Positions 11,887 to 24,400 of a DNA stretch of 64,000 nucleotides are shown in pieces (within the stretch, counting starts at the first letter, position 1; each line of letters starts with the position of its first letter). The stretch covers positions 1,054,001 through 1,118,000 of the forward strand of contig NW_027117347.1 of NCBI RefSeq assembly GCF_038025025.1. Direction: 5' to 3'. Origin of the DNA: Phyllosticta citribraziliensis (lineage: Eukaryota). The notes under the pieces are model-generated. The model saw only the letters and a list, made by a program, of their open reading frames with translations. It was not told the origin of the DNA and searched no databases. The translations under genes and the position numbers were made by a program.

Positions 11887-12416
11887 GTTGGCGGGTTGGC
11901 TTTTTTTCTTTTTTTCCCTTCTCTCGAATGCGGGGTAACGACGATGCGCGCGGAGCGATTGAGGCCACCAGAATGTGCGCAGGCGGAATTCGGGGGGTTC
12001 GAGGTCCGTGGCAAGTCCAGGTAGGCTTGACCGGTCAACAAGGCTTGGATTTGCGAAGGATGGTGGTGGTGTCGTGAGTTTGGCGGCTGGAGGTCAGTCG
12101 AGCCCTAACATGACTCTTTCTGCCGACGCCAGATGAGTCAGACTCAGACCTCTTACTCGTCTCCCACGATACCAACATTCATGTTGCTGTATCATCTGCT
12201 GAATGTTTAAATCTAATTGATTGACAAGTTTTCTACGAGTTACAAAATTTAGACAAAACTGCCTGCAGCTAAAAGATACAAAATAAAAAAATACAGACTT
12301 GGACCTCAAAATACACCGAACCCCCCGTAGGCCCGCGAATCAGCGAAGCAAATCGGCCGTCAAATATCCAACATTGAATCGAAGCCTCATCGGGTATTTT
12401 CCCTTTCCTTGATTTT

Positions 12417-14439
12417 TCAGTCAAAGGCGAATTGTTCTTGTCCTCTCCTGACAACACGTAGCGGTACGTGGCCTCGCCTCATCTGCAGCGTGATGATGCT
12501 TCCCATCCCATGCTTGAGAACGTGCATTGCCTTGTCAGCTGCCTTCTGCCACACCTCTTTTCGCTCAGGGCCTCCGAGGGGCATCCTCTCAAGCTCATCG
12601 TCAGTGATGAAGTCATCGACTGCGAGCTCGACGCTGTACTCGTGAAAGAGGGCAGCAATGACGCTGGCGCCCTCGATCATGGCGAAGCGCTTGCCGAGGC
12701 AGGACCTGTGACCTTCACTAAATGGCAGAAATGTGCCCGGAGCCGGTCTAAACAAGTTTGGAGTTGCCACATCGTTGCCACTCGAATCTTGATCGGGCGA
12801 GGCTTCGCGTGTGCTAGATGCGCTCGGCCTACGCGAATCACTGAGCAACCACCTCTCCGGTTTGAATTGGTCGATATCCTCTCCTGGAGGCAAAGCTGAA
12901 ATGTCAGGACGCGCGGGCCAGTATCGCGGGTTGTGATGAGTTGCAGGCACATCCAAGGATATGATGCATTCGGCAGGCACCATGTGGAGGCGGCCATTCA
13001 CGTTGAGGGTCTGCGGACTGTCTTTCATGGTGCTTTTCGGTATTCCCGTCACGGCAGGGATGAGGCGCATAGTCTCGGATAGCACTGCTGCGGGCATGCC
13101 GCCCATTATCCTTGGCAGGTCGCGATCGTAGTCCCATTCCTCGAATGGTCGGTCGCCAAGATTTCTTGTGAGCTCCGCTTGCAATCGTCGCTGAGTCGGC
13201 GGATTCAGAGCAAGCAAGACCAGAGAAAAGTGGATGGCGTTGGCCGTCGTCTCGTGGCCAGCCAGGATGAAGACGAAGGCGTTTCCGAGAATCTCTGAAT
13301 CACTTAGTTGCTGCTTCGGCGGCTCCGACGATTTCAACGATTCCTCGTTGACCCCAGCACCCTTCATGATAGCGCCTAGGAGAGATGGGTGTCAGTGGCA
13401 CAGGTTCCGAGCTGAAAGATCATGAGCCAGGCGTACCAAGCAAGTCCATGCCCTCGATGATTTTCCCCTCCCGCATGTGAATTCGTTTCATGTCGTAAAG
13501 CTCCTTCATGAACAAGCCCCACTCCTCGTAGGCTAGCGTGGCCGTCCTGGGGCCTTGAAAAGGGGCGATTTCTGTCTACAATGTTAGTCATGAGGCGTTG
13601 GTGAAGAATCATGTCATGGATTTACGTCGAAGCCATTTTGGTAGAATAGGGACCCAGATGATGTGTTTCATGAGCTTTTTCATGGCGTCCTTGTACGACA
13701 AGGCATGGCCAGGGGGAGCCTTGGTGCTTGCAAAACGACCCAATTCATCTTCCTGCTCGGCGTTGGATTCCTCGTGGGGCCAGAGCACACGCACGCCGAA
13801 GCCGGCCTTGCTAATGATGTGCAAGCTAATGCTCATCATGTCATCGTCGACGTGGTGCAACGGGTTGCTCGAGACTCTTCCCCTTGTCCAATGGTAGAGC
13901 AAGGCATGCGCTTGCCGTTTGCTCTCTTCCCAGACGACGCGGTTGTTCTTTTCGCTGAATGTGGGCGCGGCAACCTTGCGATGGCGGCGCCACTTTTCGC
14001 CCTCAGACACGACGACATTGTCTCCGTACAGGTTTACATCCCGATACCTCTCCAGAGGCTTCTGAAAGTCGATTCTGCGGGCGGCAATGTCTGCGATTGC
14101 TGGGGGGCTCGCCACGTAGAGATGATTTCCGCCAGGGGCAACAAACATGATGGCGTCGCTTCCCATGCGAACAAAGGGTTCGTATTTCCGCTCGTAGGTC
14201 CATTCCAGCCTCAAGAAGGGAAGCCAAGGGTCGGTGATGGCGGCGGGGAGTTTATCCAAGAGCGGGACCCAAAAGTTGCCCGTCACCATCCAAAAGATGT
14301 TGAATTTGTCCCATGGCAGGCAGATGAAAGGAAAGCCGGACCTCTTGGCGGCCTGGAGGTTTGCGCAAAAGCACCTCGCGAGATTGAAGAAATAAAGAGC
14401 AGCGAGGGCGACGACTGTAAGGAAAATGGTGGCCGACAT
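12417..14439 (-). CDS. Cytochrome P450 monooxygenase (family unassigned)
   Basis: Exons 14439-13626, 13571-13437, 13375-12417. N-terminal anchor MSATIFLTVVALAALYF, WRRHR, AGHETTA (I-helix), ETMR (ExxR), FKPERW and heme motif FSEGHRSCLG. Confidence 0.95.
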
Positions 14440-16114
14440 AGGAAGAGGAGATTTTGGCACAGCAACCTATGCAGCCGCTCGATTGCGAGGGACTCTGTGG
14501 ACGGGAGAGGGCTCAAGGGGTAGTAGAGAGGACATGGACGTGGACCAGCATGTAACAATGAAAAGCGTCGAGGTGTTGGCCGGGCTAGACGGGTACCACA
14601 GCGTCCGAGGAAAACGAGAGCAAAGGGACCTTGGCCTGGTACGGAGCGTGGGCCTTCCGCCAGCGACTTCTGGAACGCCATGTCGGAAGACGATTAACCG
14701 AGCGCACTTTGCCTTGATAAGCAATTGCTGCTGCTAGCCAGCCGGCCGTCCGTCTCTTTGAGCCTCGGCACGAGCCGCGCAGAGCAGGGAGCCATGGCTT
14801 GGGACGGGAAGAAAATGTTGACGCTGGTTGAGCGACGCGAGGATGGCAGAGGGGCGCGTTTTTGTGTTGTTGCAGTCGTCGCCACCCAGGAGCAGAAGCG
14901 AAGCGTGCAGACAGGCAGACAGGCAGGCAGGCAGGCGCAGCGATCTGTCATTCCTGGGTGCCTGCCGTGGGCCTGGGGTACCGTACGTACGTCAGCTGCG
15001 GTGCCGTTGCACGCCCGCGGCGTGGTCCCAAGGGGAAGGCGCCTGGACCTCGCCCAAGATGAGGCGATGGTCCAGTCCCTGGCTTTGCCTTTGATGAGCA
15101 CCGCACCTCGTCGTCCTTGTTCTCCTGTCAATGCTGAAAAAAGGAACATCGATGCCCACGACGACATGACGAGAGGCGGGATCGAGCAGTCTGCCTTTGT
15201 CGGGTCCTGCCCACGTCTGCCTCTTTGCTTTTGTCCGTTTCCTCGTCTCCATGCCACCACCAAGGCCCCGTCCCCGGGCTGTGCGATCGTCGCCCATGCA
15301 CGCGCTGGTCAATCGTGGAAGTGTTTGTCGTTTCGGGCGAGTCGTCTGCGTCACTGACATTCCAGCGGTGAGGTCTATTTTGCTGTGTGTGCTACCTCAG
15401 CATGGAGACTGCAAGAATAGGAGCCTTCTCCGTTTGCTTTGGCTGCGACTCTCCACATGTCCACCGGCCGGCGAGCCCCACCACTGTCAGCAGCTGGCTG
15501 CAGCAGAGCACTTTACCAGGGCCAATTGAGGGCGACAATGATTGCTGTACGAGGGAGCATCACGAAAAGAGCAAGGCTAGCTAGCGACGCGGCGGCCATT
15601 TGAATAATAAGATGGTGACGGTTGTGCAGAGTGGCACGAGAGATGGCAGGGGCGGTTCGGGGGGGGTCGAGAGGCGCACAGAGATGGGTGACTGGCACGG
15701 CGATTGGGCCATGCGAAACGGGCAAAAAGCAAACTGCTCGGCCATGGTTGCTAAAAGCAGGCGACAGGATTCTCACGTGAGGCCAACGGCAGAGGTGATT
15801 CGAGTGGATTGGTGACACGGGCAGGGCAGGGCATGGCATGTCATGGCGGGTGTCAGTCGAGGAGGCGGAGGTTGAGAGCAGAGTGTCGACGGTCCAACGG
15901 CGCGTGGCTCCAGGGCATGCAAGGAGCGAGGAGCATCTCATCTATCTGGCGTGTGCCAACGTTCCCCGCCTCTCTGAACCAGGAAATGGAAGAGCCTCAC
16001 GGGTTGCACGGCAGGAGCGAGTGGACAAATTGTGGTCGCGTCGCAGCAGAGCAGCAGATGCACGGCCAGCTCAGCCGGAAGAATGAATGGACGTCGTGTG
16101 ACGGACACAAGGAA

Positions 16115-16266
<152 letters not shown>

Positions 16267-16362
16267 GCAGGTCGGCCGTTGGGGGGTCAGTGAAACAAGC
16301 CAAACAACGAGCGAGACGGGCGGGATGTGACAGGCGGGGCGACGACGGGGAACAAGTGGAAA

Positions 16363-16446
16363 GAAAGGAAGAAAGGAAGAAAGGAAGAAAGGAAGAAAGG
16401 AAGAAAGAAAGAAAGAAAGAAAGACAGACAGACAGCAAGCAAGCAA
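16363..16446 (+). repeat. Compound microsatellite (GAAAGGAA)5(GAAA)5(GACA)3(GCAA)3
   Basis: Read directly. Confidence 0.9.
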
Positions 16447-17056
16447 AGGTCGAGGGTTGATGATGGCAAAAGGTACGAAGGAATTGTTGCTGGGAGACCC
16501 ACGTGGAGGGAAAAGTTCCCAGATACCCCCGGGGCCGTATCCCAGCTGGGCCTCGCTTGTATCCGCACCCGTCGCAAATCAATCCACGGGCGTTCTCTAA
16601 TCGTCCGACGCCTGGGGCGAACGGCACCGTCGGGGCTCCTTTTTTTTCTTCTTCTTTTTTCCTTCTTTTTTCCTTCCTTTTTTCCCTTCTCTCTTTTTTT
16701 TTTATCTTTATTTGTGGTTGGTCGTTCCTTGTCGGCCTGTTTGATTTTTATTTTTGATTTTTCGCGGCCGGGAGGTGCCCAAGGAAGGTCGACAGCTGGA
16801 CCGGGAGTCAGCCTCGGCCGCAGCAGTCGGGCCGGGCACTGAGCTGTGGCTGACCGCCTCTTGAGGCCGCCGCCAGAGAAAACGTGGCCGGGCAGTCAGA
16901 GAGCGAGACGCTCCGTACGTGTTCCTGGATCGCCCCGCATCGTGTGCCCTGCCCTGCCCTGCCCTGCCCTGAGCCTGGCCCTGTCAACACCACCGACTGG
17001 GTACTGTAGGTACTGTAGGTACAGACAGTACCCTCTCCCGCCCTCTCGCTCTCTAT

Positions 17057-17065
17057 CTCGCTCGC

Positions 17066-17120
<55 letters not shown>
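17057..17120 (+). repeat. (CTCG)5(CT)22 pyrimidine-rich microsatellite, probably at or near the TSS of the C6 factor
   Basis: Repeat read directly. CT-rich tracts commonly mark fungal core promoters; the TSS assignment is inference. Confidence 0.85.
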
Positions 17121-17127
<7 letters not shown>

Positions 17128-17800
17128 TCTCTGCACTTTTCGTACTGACGACCTTCACCCTCGCCGCCAATCTCTCTCCCCTTGTCCTCCTGCCTGGAAA
17201 TCAACGAGAAAAACAAACCCGCTCACAATCAGAACCGCTCTCGTTTTTTCTCCGTCGTCCCGCTCGCTCCAGCCTCTGATCTCGTCGTAGGTCTTTTCCC
17301 GGGCCCACGGTAAGTCGACTCTGCTTGGGCGCAACGTCTGGCCCTTCCTCGGCTTTCCTTCTCCCATCCATCTTTCTGCCCGCTCCCACCTCTCCCTCCT
17401 TGCCCACCCACCCTGCCTGCGCTGCTGGCTAGCCTTCCCTCCCTCGTCGACCGACTTGCTTCCGTACACGTCCGTTCTCCTACTACCTACATACCACCAC
17501 ACCCACCCCAATCCCTCTCACCACCCCAGTCTCAACCGACCGACAAACCGCATCATTTGCCTGCCTCGAGTTGCAGCTGCTCCCCTCGCTTGGCGTTGAT
17601 CCAGCCGAAGCCACATCCTTGCCCGCGACCTGCTAGCTATGACGCGCATTGGGCCCTCTCATTTCCCTCCTCTAGACTGACTTTGCTGGAAGCTTTCGGT
17701 GGCCTTCCTCCGTCCTCCGCACCACAGATTATCTCTTGTTGCCTCTACCTGAACATCGGGCCTCAGCGCGCATGGCCACGACCGTTGCGCCAACATAAGC

Positions 17801-20800
17801 ATGGAAGCCGATGGTCCAGACGTTAAACGTTCCCGTTTGGACGCCCACTATCCTCCTCCTCCTCCTCCTCCTCCTCACCACCACCACTCCTCTATACCTG
17901 CGCCGACCCAACATCGCTACCACGATCCTGTCCAGCCTCCACAACCTGCTTACCCTCCAAACACGCTGCCGCCGCCCTCCATTCAGGCTCATCCGTCTTC
18001 GCACATCCAGCCTCGCGCTCTTCCCGAACCCGCAAACTTCTCGCAACAGCCGCCTCATCCTCACCACCGCCCAGTCAACGCTCCCTCCGTGAGCATTCCG
18101 CCCAGGTCTTACTCGGTCGAGTCCCTCTCGAGGCCGCCTAGCACCCCGAATCAGCCCTCTCCAATTGATTCGCGCCCTCATCCTGTCTCTGGCCCCGCCG
18201 ACCCTGCACATCCTCCGCCAATGGACCATGGTGGCCACCACCCTGGCGCTTACCCCAACCATGACACTCATATGAACGGTGGCCCCCCGACGCCCTATCC
18301 CCCGGCAAACCACCAGCACCACTATAGCGGCCCACCTCAATCCATGGGTCCATCGCCAGCATACCATCCTTCTCCATATCCTCAACCCAACGCCTACGTG
18401 CAAACCGCCGACTACGTGGGCGCGAGCCGGAAAAGACAGGTTCGCGCAGTTCAGGTTCGTCCAGTCATCTCTCTAGTAATGGTACGAAGCTCACGACCTT
18501 CTTTTTCCTCGCAGGCATGTAACAATTGTCGAAACCGCAAACAAAAATGCGACGAAGCGAGACCGTGCCAATTTTGCCGCGAGACCGGGCTCAAGTGCGA
18601 ATACAAGGAGGTTCCCCCTCCAAAGTAAGTGGTCGAGTCGGACAGGATGTCTCGAGTCCGTCGCTCACCATGCGCAGGCAAGATCGAACGTTGCACGACA
18701 TCGCCACCAAGGTCAATATGGTGCTGGAGAGTTTCCAAACCATCCAACCACGCCTGGAGAGGATTGAAAGACAGCTCCGAGGTGGCGGCCAGAATGGTGG
18801 AGAGGCTACGCTTTCGACTCCATCGGACAACTTCCCTGCGACAACGCCCGCCGTAGCAGAAGACGCTGAGGGAAGCGCATATGATCCAGTTAGGGAAAAC
18901 GCGTCCTCGGAGCCGTCGGTCAACGCTACAAAACCACCGTCGGGAGCCAAGTACTCCAACTCCTCGGAATCTGCCCAGCCGCTGGAGTCGACTCAACAAG
19001 ACACGGAAGCAATCGAGTACTTTGACTCGGAAATTACCCTGCCCGCAGACCACACGACCGCCGCGCATACCATGTTGATGGAATGGATCGCCATGAAGCC
19101 CTTCCACGAGGGCGTCATCCCAGAAGGGTCCAATTACCCGAGAGAAGAAGAAGAAAATCGAGGTCTGCTGAAGCTGTACGGCACCGGTGAAGGCGAAGAC
19201 ATGTACGACGGCGCGCACGGTGGAAGTCCCGCGTTCCAAAATGCCGAGGACGACATGGTGGGCACTCCTGCGCCTTCACCTGGGGAGACGTTTGGGTGGG
19301 GAAGTGGACTTCAGGGGACCGGGCACGTGGAAAGCTACCGCTCCGAACCGAACCATTGGGGAGGTCTCAATCCAGATGGAACGCTAAAATTGGATTCCCG
19401 CACGGTCAATCGCTTACATAAGAGTTATCTGGAGCACATGCACCCTCTCCAGCCCTTCTTGGACAGGCGACGGTTGGATGAAATGATCAAGACATTTATC
19501 CAGCGGTATTCCCCTGATCCCCCGGCCAAGCCAGGTGCTGCTGCAGACCGCAACGCTGGCTCTCCGTTTGCCGTACCAGAATCGTATCCATCCATACCAT
19601 TGAAGAGGAAGCGATCGAACAATGGACCTCTTCCGGGTATTGAATCCAGCCTGCCACAGCCAAGACGACCTCCCCCGGTCGAGCGAACAATTGGCAATGC
19701 AATAGTCTTGTTGATTATGGCCATTGGGAAAATCTGTGAGCACAAGGCCCATCTTCCTGGACCAACTGGAGGCCCCAATACTATTGTGGGCAGTTCATTG
19801 CTCCCGTCAATGGACTCTCCTCCTGCAACAATCAAGCAGTCCCCGGCATCTTCGCACTCGACGCTGGCCAGTATTCCCTCGCCTGGGATAGATCAGGCAC
19901 GCCTGTCCAGTCGGAGACCGTCGACTGATCGGCACGAGAGGAGAGAGGGGCCCGCTCGCAACGTCGATGTGACTCCCGGGCTTGCGTACTACACGGTCGC
20001 TGTGGAGATTATCGGAGCAGTTCATGGGGGTAACAACATCTCACATGGGCAAGCAGGCGTCCTCGCTGCCCTCTACATGGGTCAATTGGCACGGGTCTTG
20101 GAAAGCTGGAGTTGGATTGCTTACGCTTGTCGCGTTTTGGGAGTCTTGATCGACAAGTCAGTGTCACAGCTCGACGCCCGCGTTCCATTCGCTGACCGTT
20201 TTTCCAGGGACAAGCAATCCCTATTACCAGACGCACCCGCTATGGATGAGAGTCGCGCCATGGATTTGCGCAAGGTCGCGCCTGGTGTAAAGTCCGGCGT
20301 TGACCGACGCAGGGTTAATCTAATCCGGTTATTGTACTGGACCTGTCTCCAACTCGAGAGGTGCGTTCATTCCAAGCCGTGTCTTTCAATGTTGCTAACT
20401 CAATCAGTGACATTCTTGCCGAGATGAGCCATCTCCGTCCGAGCGGAATATCCAAAGACGAGGAAAGGATAGGGCTGCCAACACAGCAATGGCTTCCAGA
20501 ACCGCTTGATCTGCCCGAAGAGATGGTGTGGCTCTACTACTTCACTCAGATCCAGCTGCGGAAGATACTGAACCGCACTCATCTGGCCCTTTACAGCAAA
20601 AGTTGGCTACCTCTTATCCCCTTTCTCACAGAATTCCAGAACTAACTTTGTACAGGTGGTCGGAAGAAGAACTTTTGGGCAGCTATCCGAGACGATTTGC
20701 TGGAAGAACAGCTCCAAAGTTGGAGAGATACTGTGCCACCGTGGATGAGATGGGACGACGCCGACGAACCAGCGAGCGACATCAACATGGCGCGCATGCG

Positions 20801-21415
20801 GGCCAAGTATTACGGTGCCCGCTACATAATCGCACGGCCAATTCTCCATTTCGCGATTCACTGCAACCCGGCACCCGCTTTCTTGATGAAAAAATACGGA
20901 TACACCGAGTCCGACGAATCTGACGAACCCGATCCGACGGAGCCCTTGATATCGGATGACACGACCAAAGTCAGCTGGTACAAGGTCGTACGAGCCTGCA
21001 AACGCTGCGTCGATTCTGCGGTTCAGAGCACCATCGCTTTTGACGGAATACAGAATGAGAACACGCGCCTGATTGTCACAAACATTTTTGGCACCGCTCA
21101 CGCGTAAGTCGTTCTTGCTTGACAATTCACAAGCCGTTGCTAACACACGTACGCAGTCAATTTGGCAACTGCCTTGTCCTCGCAGCGGTTCGACGGTCGT
21201 GGATGGCTGACTTGATCGCCCACGAGAAAGTGGTGGCCTTGTTGGAGCGAACCATCAAGTTCCTGCGGCGGATTGTTCCCATCTCGCCTACGCTTCGCGT
21301 TGACGTCGCGATTCTCGAAAATACCCTCAAGTGCCTCAACGACGAAAGACGGAAGCCGCCGTTGCCCTTGTCCATCGACCAGGCATTTGGAGTGTCCCAA
21401 GAAGCAGGTGCTTGA
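17801..21415 (+). CDS. Zn(II)2Cys6 (GAL4-type) transcription factor with Pro/His-rich N-terminus
   Basis: Exons 17801-18454, 18515-18624, 18678-20156, 20208-20360, 20408-20601, 20656-21103, 21157-21415. Zinc cluster CNNCRNRKQKCDEARPCQFCRETGLKCEY; YLEHMHPLQPFL; YWTCLQLESDILAE; RMRAKYYGARYII; IVTNIFGTAHAQFGN. Confidence 0.93.
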
Positions 21416-24400
21416 GTCATTGGAGTTGGTCCTTTTCAAGCATGCTTATCGGGTCAACAGCGAAGCAGCAAAGTAATGGTGGCGCTGCTCGCCTCGCGTT
21501 GCCCGTTTGACCCTTGGGCGCATACCTCATGCGCACAGCGGGGTCTTGTTTGGTTGCTCTCTGCGGCATGCCGTTTGCTGCAACGAATACCCGATCTCGA
21601 CAGCCTGCAGGCTCGATTTTGCCATTATCCAGTGTCACGCTTCACATGCATTGCTGCGTGGCGTCTTGGTTCAATGTTTTTGCTTTTGTCCCCTTGCTCG
21701 CATCGGCTTCTACGCAGGCATCATGGCTGGTCACTTTGTGATCTACCCCAACAACTCCTTCAGTCTTGACGGGTGGACAGCGTTGTCATTAGCATTTATC
21801 TTGGTGTTTTCTTGGTTTATTCTGGCGTCTGTCAGGATAAAAAAAAATACCCCCCGCCTATGTCTCTGCAATGGACGCCCCATGTGGCTCATGAGCAATT
21901 TGTTCTTGCCTTGTTTGCTGCCTTGTTTTGCTCGCGTTGTTCAGGCCCCAGCCATCATCCACCGTCGACTGCAGGATGATTAGGTGAACCTTTGACGTTT
22001 GCATTGCGCAGCCTCGACGTTCGTTGACCGTTGACCGCCTCGGCGCAGGGTCGTGTTGCACCCCTTCTTTTTTCCCTTTTTTTTTTTTTATTCTCTCCCT
22101 CGTCTCATGTCAAAAATCTCCAGCTGCGACCGCGTGGCGGTGTCCAGCCGTTGTCGACACAAATCAACGGATGACCGGTGCGAGGGACAGCAGAGGACTT
22201 TTCTCGGCCAGCGGAGTTAACCATGGGCTCGCAGCTCCGCGTCTCTTTGCCCTCGCAACGCACGCACACGCAACGCATCTCGGTCGTTCGCGGATCTCTG
22301 ACGCGCCCCAGAATTCCATCATCCGCGTTACCGTCCTCCTCGACTGGCAACTTCAGCAGGTGTCCTTGCATTTGATGCATCTGATTGGACACGAGAACAG
22401 TGGTCCCCTTATGCGCCAATTGCGCGAAACAATGGAAGAATCATGCCCTGCTGACAACATCACATACGGCCTCGAGCGCTTAGAGCATGCAATACACGCC
22501 TGGGGGACAGCGCAGCGCGGCGAATGGTGCGCGACTTCGGTGCCTAGCACTCTCGTGCCAGCTCGCTCCGCACGGAGAGAAAAAAAAAAAAAAAAACCGC
22601 TCCGTTTGCATTCTCATTTCTTTTTGTGTTTGCTTTTTCTGGCCTCGCTCCTCGCTACCGCACCGGCTCACCGACCGAAGGACGATCGCCCGCCCGTTCG
22701 CCCGTACAGGAAGTCTCCAACCGGCGCGAGGTTACATGCCCAACGCACGGCATTATGCCAATCCCTGGCCTCTGGTCAGTACCAGTCAGTCTTGGTACAG
22801 CAGTATCTTGGAACAAAGCAAGGACGGCTGCGGTCGGGCAGGGTAAGTGAAGGCGTTCCCTAAACGGATGAAACGAGCGGGTGGGGAACCCAGACTCCCC
22901 TGCTCTGCTGTCATGCCTTGCCCTGCCCTGCAGTGCCCTGACCGACGACCGGCAGTCACTTGCACAGACCGGCCGCTTGCGCGCTGGTGTGTGCTTCGTG
23001 ATGGACCAGGGCACCAGGGGTGCATTATTGCGCCCTCTGAATCGGGAGCAGCAGACAAGCGTCGCTGTCGTTGTCTTCATCACCAAACGCCCGCATCGGT
23101 TGCTGGTTGTGCTGGCGTGTTCAGCTCGGCCCAGGTGCTTTCTGTCATGATTTCTGCCAGAGACTCTTACGTCTCAAGTTCCGCTCGAAAATTCGGCGTT
23201 GCCTCTTCGCTGCTCTCGCCCTTCTGCCACGCGGAATTGCTTGCCGGCTGGCAGTCTCGGTCTGCCTCGTCCGAGTTGCGTACGCCCCGCCGTTTGTCTG
23301 CCCACCTCGCATCTGAAACGCAGGGCAATCAAGCGGGCGCGTCGATGAAGCAGTCATTCATACATGCAAGAGGCGGCGACAGGACAACGGACAGGCCGGG
23401 TGCGCACAGGGCCGGCCGCATGACGTTGGTTGACAGCCGTCTCGCAGCTGCACTATGTTCGCTGCCCTTCTGACTTCATCAACCAACGGAATGGGCAATG
23501 CTGACAAGCAGGAGTAAAGAGAGGGGACATGAATGACTGCAATGCGGACGTCGAACCACCTCTCGCGACAGCACTCGCGACGACAAGCGCGCATTGTCGT
23601 GCAAAAGCTTTCTGAAAAATTAGTCGACAACATCAAAGACGAAAGGAGTCCATTCCAGACTTCAATACCACACCAAACGCGTCAATCCAACCATTTTCTC
23701 GCACCACACCCACGATTCCTCTCATCCTGGGACGAGCACTATCAGACCGCAATTTTTGGATTTCCTTCGATTGTACAACGCTTTTCGGATTATAAAATAC
23801 TCGCCGAGCGAGCTAGTTACGAGCTGGCTAGCCGGCCTGGCCAGCAGCAATCTTGAGCATCTTTCGTGCACGCACGGGACTTTGTAATTCCCCGCATCTC
23901 TCGGTCTCCGCGGCATCCATCTGCATATGTACATGTTATCAATATACCATCAAACCGAGATCTTTCCTGCTAGCTTTGCAAATGATGTGAAAATGGGGAA
24001 GTTTTCGCTATCCATGTCTGTCGTATGTATGTGTGGGTATCCTTTCAACCTTTGAGCCTCAGCATTCCGCGCTTGCCTTGCCTTCATCTTCATCGTCGTT
24101 CCTGACGGTCCTACATCCCGCTTCTGGCCTACCACGGAAACGGGGAGAAGCAAGCATCTCCTCGCTCGCCACAACGTGCCGTAGCGGCCCCCCATCCACA
24201 TCCATCTACAACAACATCAGTCGCCGCAGAAGCAACGACCAGAGCGTCCAAAACTAAGACACCTAGGTGCCTAGCCCGTCGCATCAAGCGAGCATAGTGG
24301 AGCAGGCCCGGTTGTGCTCGCGATGCCTTGCTTGCCGCTTGCTCCCCGGAGTCCAGACTCCAGAGAAGTAACGACGCAGAGTCCCCAACTTTTCTCGTTT

